A stretch of 59,762 nucleotides of DNA, counting the filler. It is 3 parts of 3 records of this genome, joined end to end, with 100 filler letters (N's around TTAATTAATTAA, not from the genome) between each part and the next. Parts side by side here need not be neighbours in the genome. Positions count along the whole stretch, not along the records: positions 45,908 to 59,762 come from SRR31156797_7965; 2 more parts are not named here. One strand, written 5' to 3'. The first letter of the stretch is position 1. Each line of letters opens with the position of its first letter. The notes beneath the pieces were generated by a model, which did no database searches, was not told the DNA's origin, and worked only from the letters and a program-made list of their open reading frames with translations. This document shows, in pieces, positions 51,452 through 59,762 of this stretch. The position numbers were made by a program, and so were the translations under genes.

Positions 51452-52027
51452 TCTTTCATTTTACGATACATTAATAACAAAAAATACATTTAAAGTCTGT
51501 TTTTTAAATGTTTATACAACCTTGGGGTGGGACTTGTCCATCCTGAACCCTTTCATCAAAACAGTGGAAAAATCGCTCCAGCAATCCACCTGCATTACTT
51601 ATTTTTCCCAGCCCTTTATTCTTTTTCGCCTTGGATCATCATCTCTTCCGTTTGGCAAGGATCTTTTCTGCCGAGAACCAGGTCTTGATCGCCGGAATCT
51701 CAATCACTGATTCCATGGTGGCCGCCGGATAATCGCAAAGATAGGTCAGACGGCCAAAATACGTGGGGCAGTTCAATTTTCGTTGACGCCAAGCACCTCA
51801 CTGCCGGTGTCCATTCTCGCGATGTCTATGGGGTCTTGTCATATATGATGGATAAGTTGTAATGGTGACAATTGGTCATAAACGCGCTTTGAATTCTGTT
51901 TAAGGCAAAAATGTCATAGATCTTGGCGTTGAGGAACTTTTTGATATAAGTATGTCAAAAGTTTAAGATATAAACTTACTTTTTGTCAATCAAAGTATGA
52001 AAAAAATAGACGTCGGGAATCTGTCCC

Positions 52028-53098
52028 CTAACTTTGGGGTTTAAGGTTATCCGGATTTCGCCAGCACAGGGGGTCCGACGCCAGAACATCACCGGTAACC
52101 TGGAAGGCTGCGCCCCGGCACCCGTAACAAGTGTCATGCTTTTCACAGGTGCGGCAGAAGCCTTTGATGTTCTGCCGGTGATTTTTCAGCAGGCGAAGTT
52201 CCCGGGAATGGTCCAGAATGTCCTTAAGGCGGGTTTTGCGTATGTTTCCTATGGATTTTGTAATTCCCACACAGGGTTGGACGTTGCCGATGGAGGTGAC
52301 CGTGCAGGAAAATTGGTGCCGCATGCACTGGTTGCCCATGAGCGGCGGCTGGGGATCCCATTCAATGCCGTAGCGTTCCCGGTCAATGGCACATATTTTT
52401 TCGAACACCGCTTTGAGTTCCAGGGGAGTAAGTTCCAGGGCTGGATTCTTTTTTGCCTGGCCCTGGGGGGTAATGATTTCAAAATAGGGTGCCATGTTGT
52501 TGTCCCTGATCCAGGTCCACAGATCCGTCAATTCATCCTGGTTCTGGCGGCAGATAATGGTGCTTAACGCCAGGAACGCATCTTTGGCGGGATAGCCTGC
52601 CGCTTTAAGGTTGTCAAGGGCATTATGGATAATGTTAAACGCGCCTTTTTTGCCTGCAAGCACATCCTGCCTGGCTTCATCAAAGGAGTTCATTTTTAAG
52701 ACAACCCTTACGCCGCCTGCGTGAAGTTCCCGGGCAAAATCAGGGGTAATGCCGGTGCCGTTGGTAAACATTTCTATTTCTAAACAGTGGTGTTCTAAAA
52801 ATCTAATGACCTCCCGGATATGGGGGTAGATACTGGGTTCTCCGCCTAACAGGATAATCTTTCCGGCCCCAAGTGCTTTGGCCTGCAAAATGACCTCAAA
52901 GATTTCGTCAAGACTGAGTTCATTATCAAAATATGAATCATGGGGCACATAGCAGTAGCTGCATCGAAAATTGCACCGCAGGCTTAATTCAATCTCCATG
53001 GAAAGAAGCCTGTTTCCGGCTAGGGCATGATCAATTCTTTGTTTGGAAAATTCAAAGTTTCCGGCACAACCAATGTTGTGACTGGTACAGATATTCAT
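52028..53098 (-). CDS. Radical SAM protein with SPASM domain
   Basis: CNFRCSYC and GGEP; C-x6-C-x5-G-x4-C ... C-x2-C-x5-C-x2-C-x17-C. Confidence 0.9.
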   Translation of the reverse strand: MNICTSHNIGCAGNFEFSKQRIDHALAGNRLLSMEIELSLRCNFRCSYCYVPHDSYFDNELSLDEIFEVILQAKALGAGKIILLGGEPSIYPHIREVIRFLEHHCLEIEMFTNGTGITPDFARELHAGGVRVVLKMNSFDEARQDVLAGKKGAFNIIHNALDNLKAAGYPAKDAFLALSTIICRQNQDELTDLWTWIRDNNMAPYFEIITPQGQAKKNPALELTPLELKAVFEKICAIDRERYGIEWDPQPPLMGNQCMRHQFSCTVTSIGNVQPCVGITKSIGNIRKTRLKDILDHSRELRLLKNHRQNIKGFCRTCEKHDTCYGCRGAAFQVTGDVLASDPLCWRNPDNLKPQS

Positions 53099-56000
53099 GG
53101 GGACACCTTTGCGACAAACCAGACGGTTTCAGGATTATTACCGGATACTTTGGTATACTCCATCCTGAAATCCGTCTCGTTGATAAAATCTGTGATGGCT
53201 TGCACAGACAGGTAATGGGGAACCACCCCTTTTAATTTCAATTTAAGCGCTTCAATGGGCCAAACCAGTGTCGGTTTTCCGGCCGGGGTGATAATGGCCC
53301 TGATGATAAGGGCACCGCCGGGAACCATAGTTGCCCTGATTTTATTTAACGTTTGTCTGAATTCATCGGGTGTTAAAAAATGGGCCATATCAAGCATCAG
53401 GGTCATGTGGATAGGTTTTGAAACAGCGGGAATATCCGGGGCGTGGCCCAGGTCAATGCGTCCCTGACCTGAAATGGCAATGGTACTGATCCGCCGGCTT
53501 TCGGGGTCCGGCTCCAGGCCGAATACGCGGGCATGGGGAAACCGTTCAAGAAGAAAGCAGGCCGGCACCCCGAGCCCCGTGCCGATGTCCATGATCCGGG
53601 AAACGTTTTCCTTGTCTGCCAAAATGTCGGGCAGCTCCTTGAACATGGGGTCTAACTTCAGTTTAAACCGGGTGAACATTCTGGGATATGCCTCTACCGT
53701 GCGGTATCGGGCAAGAATCCGGGATGTCACAGGTGTTCTCGCATCCTGACCTCGATCCTTCCGGGACACTGACGATCCCACGGTTTGTAAAATAAAATGT
53801 CGGCGCAGCAGGGGCGGCAGAATCAAAAACGTGCCCCCAAGGCAAAAGCCGATGCCCAGAAGGGAAGCTATGCCTGCACTTTGCAAAAGCGAATGCTCGG
53901 CCAGGCACATCACCCCGAATCCGATCATGGTGGAAATACCTGCCATGAATACGGCCAGGCGTATCAATTCAACCGATGGATGGAATTCGTCACGGTAACG
54001 CTGGTAGGCGCGCACAAAGAACAACGAGAAGTCAATGCCGATGCCGAAGACGATGATGGAGAGCATCAGCGAAGGGATGTCCAGGTTGTGTCCTAAAAGC
54101 TTCATGGTGCCCAGGGTGCCGATAAAGGCAAAAAAGACCGGCAGCATGGTGATGATGGTGAGTCTGATGTCCAGAAAAAAGATGAACAGCAGGATCAAAA
54201 CCGCCCCTGCAATAATGAAAAACATTTTGGCAAAGGTTGAATGCAAAAGGGTGCCCAGGGTGGTGGAAAAAAGCTGGGGTTCAAACACGGTGGCAACACT
54301 GCTGAACGATTCATAGAAACTTTTTTCATCCACAGCCGGGTTACGCATCAGGCTTGTGGTCCAGGTCCAGTGACCACCGGCTGCCTTGGATTGGGAAATA
54401 CCCATCATGGGATAAAGGGCCTGGGGAATTGCCACAGGTCCCTCCGGCAGGTCGGTGGGGACAAGCAGGCGTAAAAACAAGTCAAAGGCATCCCGGGTGA
54501 AGCCGAGCGGCGCTGCCGCCCGGCTCAGATTCTGTTTGAGGGCATTGACCCGTTCTTTATTCCAGAATTGCAGCCAGGCCTCATAGTTCTCTTGTTTTTT
54601 GGCCTTTCCCGGGAATATCATTGAAAGCGTTGTGCCCGAGGCCTGCACTCCTTGGGTCTGAACCGCAGAAACCCTGTCTGCCAGCTGGTCGCTTAAATCC
54701 TGAAGCTCCGGTACTGATACGGCCGTCAGCATGAGATGGGATTTGCCTGTAAACCCTTTGCCCCAGGTCTCATAGAATTTAGTATCCGCATCCCGGGTTT
54801 CCCGGCTTACCGTACTCATGGCAGACAGATCCACCTGAAAGGCCGGCCAGGCAAACCACACCAGGGCCAGTGTCACTGCCAGGGCAAACCAGACACCGCC
54901 GTTGCCGGGAATAATCAGGGCGTTAACCAGTCGTTGCAGGGGAAGCGCTCTGGGTTTTGCCGGGTAAAGCACAGGCACGATCCTTGGGAACAGGGAATGA
55001 ATAAAAATAAAGGAGAAGCCCATGCCAAGGGCCGTAAATTTCCCAAGTTCTTCAAGGATTTTAAAATCACTCATTCCTAAAGAGAGAAACGCGCATACCG
55101 TGGTCAGGGTGGCGATCAGACCCACGGCCCGCACTTCAGTGGATGCATGTCTGCCCGATATTTTCCGGGGCTGGTCCAGGAACAGCAGATAGGTAATGCC
55201 GTGGTCGATGGTGATGGAGATGATGGCACCGCCAAATCCAAGGACAATAAGAGAGATACTGTCATATAACAGGGAATATGTAAAAAGGCCCGCAATAGTG
55301 CCGAACATGGCAGGAACCAGGGCTAAAAGCCCGATCCACGGCCGGGGGAAGGCCAGACACAGCAAAAGAATGATGGCTGCCGTGGCAAAGAGAATGGCGG
55401 TTTGCACATCATGCTTGATGATTTTTTCATTGTCATAGGCTGCTCTGAATGCCCCTACTGAGGTGAGGACGGCATGCTCACCCGGCTGGGAAAATTGTGT
55501 TTGGGCCTGGGCTTGGATGTCATGAATCAGCTCCATGGCCTGGGTGGAAAATTTTGAATCCGTGCTCGAGCCTTTGGGGGTGGCCATGATCAGGCAGTGC
55601 TGTGAATCCCGGGATAGAAGTTTTCCTTTGTAAATGTTGAAGTCATCAACCGGTGCAAGGGATCTCAGCCTTGCCAGCACGATGTTTTTCAACCCCAAGG
55701 GGTCAACGGCTATGAATTCGGATGTGCCTATTTCATCAAGACTCAGCAGCCGCGTATAGATCTGTGCTAGTGTTTCCCGGATAGCATCCGGCGTGAGCCG
55801 GGGCGCAACCTGGGTTTCAAGCTGGATGCGGGTGAATTGAAAGGGCAGGGTCTTTATTACCAAGGTCATCAGTTCCGGCATGATCCCCTGGTAATGATCC
55901 ATGCCCACATTGCTGAACAGGCCGGATGCCCCAAGTTTTTTTTCTACCATGGCGGCAAATTTTACCAGCCGTTCCGGATTCCGGGTGCCAAGGCTTGCGC

Positions 56001-56214
56001 TGATAACGACCTGGTCCTGGATGGGATGGTGGTCAAAAAAATAAAGAGCATCATGAATCACCGGGTTGTGTGCCGGAAGCGATGCCGTGATATCGGTTTG
56101 AATATGAAGCCTTTGGAAACTGACAAATAGCATGAATGCCGCAGCAAGGATCGTGATGATCAAAAGACTGACGTTCAGCTGTTTTTTTTGTTTTTTTGAA
56201 TTTACCATATACAC
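53095..56214 (-). CDS. MMPL/RND-family exporter fused to a C-terminal class I SAM methyltransferase
   Basis: Two MMPL TM bundles (ISITIDHG; GIGIDFSLF); C-terminal MDIGTGLG...GLEPD. The start may be 56208. Confidence 0.85.
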   Translation of the reverse strand: MYMVNSKKQKKQLNVSLLIITILAAAFMLFVSFQRLHIQTDITASLPAHNPVIHDALYFFDHHPIQDQVVISASLGTRNPERLVKFAAMVEKKLGASGLFSNVGMDHYQGIMPELMTLVIKTLPFQFTRIQLETQVAPRLTPDAIRETLAQIYTRLLSLDEIGTSEFIAVDPLGLKNIVLARLRSLAPVDDFNIYKGKLLSRDSQHCLIMATPKGSSTDSKFSTQAMELIHDIQAQAQTQFSQPGEHAVLTSVGAFRAAYDNEKIIKHDVQTAILFATAAIILLLCLAFPRPWIGLLALVPAMFGTIAGLFTYSLLYDSISLIVLGFGGAIISITIDHGITYLLFLDQPRKISGRHASTEVRAVGLIATLTTVCAFLSLGMSDFKILEELGKFTALGMGFSFIFIHSLFPRIVPVLYPAKPRALPLQRLVNALIIPGNGGVWFALAVTLALVWFAWPAFQVDLSAMSTVSRETRDADTKFYETWGKGFTGKSHLMLTAVSVPELQDLSDQLADRVSAVQTQGVQASGTTLSMIFPGKAKKQENYEAWLQFWNKERVNALKQNLSRAAAPLGFTRDAFDLFLRLLVPTDLPEGPVAIPQALYPMMGISQSKAAGGHWTWTTSLMRNPAVDEKSFYESFSSVATVFEPQLFSTTLGTLLHSTFAKMFFIIAGAVLILLFIFFLDIRLTIITMLPVFFAFIGTLGTMKLLGHNLDIPSLMLSIIVFGIGIDFSLFFVRAYQRYRDEFHPSVELIRLAVFMAGISTMIGFGVMCLAEHSLLQSAGIASLLGIGFCLGGTFLILPPLLRRHFILQTVGSSVSRKDRGQDARTPVTSRILARYRTVEAYPRMFTRFKLKLDPMFKELPDILADKENVSRIMDIGTGLGVPACFLLERFPHARVFGLEPDPESRRISTIAISGQGRIDLGHAPDIPAVSKPIHMTLMLDMAHFLTPDEFRQTLNKIRATMVPGGALIIRAIITPAGKPTLVWPIEALKLKLKGVVPHYLSVQAITDFINETDFRMEYTKVSGNNPETVWFVAKVSP

Positions 56215-56915
56215 AGACCAAGCCCTGCGAGAATCGCTAAATGACCGACAATAACCAATAGGCGGTGGGCATGAAAAAATTCGTTGATCAGTTGGATGAA
56301 TTTAAGACCGCCAAAACAGCGCCGGAACCTGTCCAGGCCGCGGCAGGCATCATTGTCTGTTTCCGCATTGCTCTGGAAGGCAAAAAAAGGCGTTATTCCC
56401 AAATAGTCGTCACAAAGGTTTTTGAGCATTACGTCATAGGGCATTCCGCGCCAGGGTTGGCTTGCGATTTTTTTCCCAAAAGCGCGGTTGGCTGCATAGG
56501 CATGGGTCAACGCTTGATACCTGATTTTTTTTACCCCTGGATTTTTGGTTTTTGAACTGCCCTTGATCAGACATCCGAAAAACAACAAATTCCAGGTGCT
56601 GCTGGTTGACATATGTTTAACGGCTTCTGTTAAGGCTTTTGGGGAATACCGGTGAAACACCACGTCATCCTCAAACACAACCCAGGATTGTGCTCCGGCG
56701 TCAATGGCTTTTTCCATGCACAGAAGATGGGATGCAAAAATTCCCCGGCAGGGGTCGTCGTGATCTTTGTCCACCAGGACAAATTCCACCCGATCCAAAA
56801 TGCCCATGCGTGAAAATTCAAGCCTGGTCCGTTCCCGGCGGTCTGTGCGATCCCGAAGGGATATGCAGTACAGTTTGTCAAAAAAGGCCCAGGGGAGGGC
56901 ATATTCCGGTGTCAT
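56202..56915 (-). CDS. Glycosyltransferase family 25-like protein
   Basis: Motifs YCISLRDRTDRR, GIFASH, VFEDDV and THAY; C-terminal hydrophobic tail. Confidence 0.75.
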   Translation of the reverse strand: MTPEYALPWAFFDKLYCISLRDRTDRRERTRLEFSRMGILDRVEFVLVDKDHDDPCRGIFASHLLCMEKAIDAGAQSWVVFEDDVVFHRYSPKALTEAVKHMSTSSTWNLLFFGCLIKGSSKTKNPGVKKIRYQALTHAYAANRAFGKKIASQPWRGMPYDVMLKNLCDDYLGITPFFAFQSNAETDNDACRGLDRFRRCFGGLKFIQLINEFFHAHRLLVIVGHLAILAGLGLCIW

Positions 56916-57517
56916 GGCGTATCATTCGCTTTTTTTGAAACGTCCCTGGGTTGATTTCTGGATACAAGGGCAAGTAGGTTGCTTTTGTGATTTAGTACGA
57001 TAAACCCCATGCACACAATAACCCCGGTGATTCCCATAAAATTGGTACCCGATATCCGGGCAAGGCCCATGCTGATAATGGCCACAAGGACCATGGAGCC
57101 TGCAAAGGCTTGCCGGAAAAAAAGATACCCGGCACACCACCCGGCAAGGGACAGTGCCGTAAATACAGGGGTGAGAAACAGGGAAAAACCAATGAAATGG
57201 GCAACGCCTTTGCCCCCTTTAAATTTGTGAAAACATGGGAACCGGTTCCCAAGCAGCAGAAAAAATCCCACCCATAGGGTTGCAGGCACGGACAGCAATC
57301 GGGATGCCGCCGCTGAAATCAAAAACGCCTTGCCCACATCGGTCATGAGAACAAATCCGGCCCATTTCAGCCCCAGGATTCTGTAAACATTGGTTGTACC
57401 GGCATTTTTGCTGAACAGGGTCCGGGGATCTTTTTTTGTTTTTACCTGCAGCACAAGGATGGATGCGTTTAATGAGCCTGCGGCATAGGCAATCAGGCAT
57501 AAAGCGGTGAATATCAT
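56912..57517 (-). CDS. PlsY-like glycerol-3-phosphate acyltransferase
   Basis: Motifs DPR...SKNAGTTNVYR, DVGK, FKGGKGVA and HKSNL. ATG at 57517 overlaps the upstream stop (ATGA). Confidence 0.85.
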   Translation of the reverse strand: MIFTALCLIAYAAGSLNASILVLQVKTKKDPRTLFSKNAGTTNVYRILGLKWAGFVLMTDVGKAFLISAAASRLLSVPATLWVGFFLLLGNRFPCFHKFKGGKGVAHFIGFSLFLTPVFTALSLAGWCAGYLFFRQAFAGSMVLVAIISMGLARISGTNFMGITGVIVCMGFIVLNHKSNLLALVSRNQPRDVSKKANDTP

Positions 57518-58398
57518 TGGAGACCCTCCCGGATCCACACCGGAGGGGTGATGGTGCCGCCGCTGACATCCCGCATCATTACCCCTGACACGGCTTCACA
57601 CAGCTCGCCTTGGTCATCGATAATCCATATGTCAAACCCCAGGGTCCCGTGGGTTTGATATTGGGGGATAACCCGGGCCGTATAATTTTTATGTTCAACC
57701 GTGGGTTTGTAAATAACCCGTTTTTCAAACCCAATTGGAAAGGCCACAATACCGAAAAAACGCTGGCTCCAGACACATCCGGCATGAAAGGCGCCGTCAA
57801 GGGGAAAACCCGATCCCAGTATGGTTTTACACGAATCTTTCGGATCATCCGGCATCGCTTTAAGCATTACGCATGCCCCGGATCGGGAAAGCCGCAATTC
57901 ACCTTTAATGGAGTGAAAGGCAGGCCCGAATGGAACCAGTTCCCGGTATATGGAATCGGCGTCCACCGTAAACACGGGCGCGCTGCATTCATGCATATGG
58001 GCAGAAGACAGATTGAAGGGCAGGTCCGGGGGCGGTTCGTTTGTTCTGGCGTTAAAGGTGGCCGTACAATGCTCTTTGATTCGTGTTATGGCGCCTTTTT
58101 TTGTGGAAAACCGGGTGGCCAGGGAGAGCGACATTTGCGTATCGTTCATGCGGCGGATATTGCACAGCGCTTCAATGGTGTTTTGACCGGGCTCAAGCAC
58201 AAGAAATTTATTGAACCGTGCATCGGTCATATGCCGCAGGGCAATACCAGAGGCAAGAAGATTGTCTTCTTTGAGTGCTCCGGCCAGGACTTTCAACGCC
58301 TCCACGGCCGGAAACACCACCTTGCCTGCAAAACAATGGTCCATGAAGTGGGGATATACGGTTATGGTTAAGGCAACCTGGGTAACGGATCTGTCCAT
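57514..58398 (-). CDS. Stand-alone PKS-type (double hot-dog) dehydratase
   Basis: DHCFAGKVVFP (HxxxGxxxxP), FGPAF and LDGAFH (DxxxH). Confidence 0.8.
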   Translation of the reverse strand: MDRSVTQVALTITVYPHFMDHCFAGKVVFPAVEALKVLAGALKEDNLLASGIALRHMTDARFNKFLVLEPGQNTIEALCNIRRMNDTQMSLSLATRFSTKKGAITRIKEHCTATFNARTNEPPPDLPFNLSSAHMHECSAPVFTVDADSIYRELVPFGPAFHSIKGELRLSRSGACVMLKAMPDDPKDSCKTILGSGFPLDGAFHAGCVWSQRFFGIVAFPIGFEKRVIYKPTVEHKNYTARVIPQYQTHGTLGFDIWIIDDQGELCEAVSGVMMRDVSGGTITPPVWIREGLQ

Positions 58399-58399
58399 A

Positions 58400-59446
58400 T
58401 CAGGTTCTGCTTGGCGGCTCTACAAATTTGGGGCTCAGGTTTTTCCCTTTTTCATACCCCATCACCCATACGGCCAGATAGGTATCCACATAATCCAGCC
58501 AGGCCTTGAAGGTTTCAGGATCAGTGGCGTGTCTGAAAAGTCTTGCCGTAACAACGGCACTGCCGGCCGCGTAGTGGCGGCAGTCCACACAGTCCGTATC
58601 CGGAACACAGCACGCAGCATTTCTGTCCCAGGTCAGATCCGCCCGGTATTGTCTGAATGTTTTACCCAGGCCGACATCTTCATGGGGATTCATTCTCGGA
58701 TAAGAGCATTGAAACAGATCATGCAGGCCCAGCTCATGGGTATGGGCAAGGATGTTATAGTGGGAGAAGAGCATATGTTCGGGATAGGTCTCAAGCATCT
58801 CCAGCATGACATCCCGGGTTCTAGCCAGTGTCTGCCGGGTGTGCCGCAGGTCGCCATTATATCCCACCGGCGCGGAAAACATATTAAAGGTGAAAGGGCA
58901 GCCGTTTTCCGCAAGGATGGGTGCCACATCCCGTATCTCATCAATGTTGCTGCTGGTAAAGGTATAGACAAACACAGCCCTGGGATCGTCTTTGTAATTT
59001 TTGATCTGTTTTTCAAGCATGTGATCGGCCCTGCGGACGGCCTGGCTTGTCCGGTCATTGCCCCACACGGAGATGTGAATCCTGTATCCCACGCTTTCGG
59101 GTATGAATTTTAACCCATTGGATGCGATGGCACCCAAAGGAATTTGCCGGTAACAGGTCTGCAAAAGCTCGGGAACCAGGGCAGGCTCCGCCCCTGCCAG
59201 CACAACAAAGGTGATGCCCCGCGCCTTTTCTTTGACCATCAGGGTCTGCCATGCGTCAGCGTCGTTATTCTCGGAGACAAACTGTTTATCTCCTTCATAG
59301 AAATAACAGCCTTCACACCGGATATTACAGCGGTTGGTCATATCATAGGTAGATTCCCTCAGGAAAAAGTATTTTTTTACCCGCTGCCATCGGCTTCGAA
59401 TGACCGGGTCGGACAGAATATCTGAGAATTTCCAATGTGTTTGCAT
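58400..59446 (-). CDS. Radical SAM protein with atypical C-terminal Cys cluster
   Basis: CNIRCEGC, GAEP and SNG; C-terminal CCVPDTDCVDC. Confidence 0.88.
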   Translation of the reverse strand: MQTHWKFSDILSDPVIRSRWQRVKKYFFLRESTYDMTNRCNIRCEGCYFYEGDKQFVSENNDADAWQTLMVKEKARGITFVVLAGAEPALVPELLQTCYRQIPLGAIASNGLKFIPESVGYRIHISVWGNDRTSQAVRRADHMLEKQIKNYKDDPRAVFVYTFTSSNIDEIRDVAPILAENGCPFTFNMFSAPVGYNGDLRHTRQTLARTRDVMLEMLETYPEHMLFSHYNILAHTHELGLHDLFQCSYPRMNPHEDVGLGKTFRQYRADLTWDRNAACCVPDTDCVDCRHYAAGSAVVTARLFRHATDPETFKAWLDYVDTYLAVWVMGYEKGKNLSPKFVEPPSRT

Positions 59447-59454
59447 AAAGGGAT

Positions 59455-59715
59455 TTAACGTTTGTTGTTAATGTATTCGGCAATGAGCCGGACGTTTGTC
59501 AGTTTGGGGTAGTCATCCTCGTCAATGCGGATGCCGTATTCATCCTGGATCACCAGGGCCACAGTGGCAAGGTCCATACTGTCAATCCCAACTTCATCCA
59601 CTAAGTCCATCTCAGGCTCAAAGGTTTCGGGCGTCACATCCTCAATCATGAGTTCATCAATGATAATCCGGGCCACATTGATAATGACGTCGTCAATGGT
59701 TTTTACTTTGTTCAT
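59455..59715 (-). CDS. Acyl carrier protein
   Basis: Acidic 86-aa protein with GIDSMDL phosphopantetheinylation motif and EYGIRI; SD GGGAG upstream. Confidence 0.93.
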   Translation of the reverse strand: MNKVKTIDDVIINVARIIIDELMIEDVTPETFEPEMDLVDEVGIDSMDLATVALVIQDEYGIRIDEDDYPKLTNVRLIAEYINNKR

Positions 59716-59762
59716 TTTTTGATTTTTCTCCCTTTTTATATGAAAGTTCCAATAAGTTACTG

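Noticed and set aside
51522-51710. 62-aa plus-strand ORF
   Set aside because: TTG start, no RBS or motif, and opposite to all neighbouring genes.
51936-52028. Imperfect inverted repeat ACTTTTTGATAT...ATGTCAAAAGT and the AATCTGTCCCC motif as a mobile-element end
   Set aside because: Short, imperfect and single-copy in the window, with no transposase to support it.
52034-57569. Numerous 60-180 aa overlapping ORFs within the lipid operon as possible RiPP precursors
   Set aside because: They overlap well-supported genes and lack an RBS or leader/core pattern.
57610-59113. Long plus-strand ORFs (253 aa and 300 aa) opposite the dehydratase and radical SAM genes
   Set aside because: No recognisable motifs; antisense shadows of motif-bearing minus-strand genes.

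Overview
This window is not one locus. It is three unrelated contigs joined by 100-bp N-linkers that carry TTAATTAATTAA (22747-22846 and 45808-45907). Segment 1 (1-22746) is Vibrio-like core chromosome: two GGDEF-EAL genes, rimI, holD, a GNAT, ubiT/ubiU/ubiV, serB, tyrA-aroF, btsSR, nagZ-anmK-murQ, an antiporter and cstA. It has readable TyrR boxes, FNR-like boxes, a phased array of LytTR (BtsR-type) repeats, and the same dispersed repeat at both contig ends. Segment 2 (22847-45807) is AT-rich Bacteroidota DNA: two tandem giant T9SS-secreted repeat proteins, a sensor-HAMP-GAF-PAS protein with no output domain, a coiled-coil exported protein, a PAS kinase, znuACB, lpdA and a truncated FGE-sulfatase-domain lipoprotein. 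Segment 3 (45908-59762) looks Desulfobacteraceae-like (inferred from gene content). It holds a c-di-GMP/two-component cassette and the most interesting feature: a tightly coupled 7-gene operon (ACP, radical SAM, stand-alone PKS dehydratase, PlsY-like acyltransferase, GT25, MMPL-methyltransferase fusion, radical SAM/SPASM). This operon is a candidate uncharacterised pathway for a radical-modified glyco/phospholipid. No CRISPR array, rRNA or tRNA was seen. All assignments come from motif recognition by eye; no searches were run.
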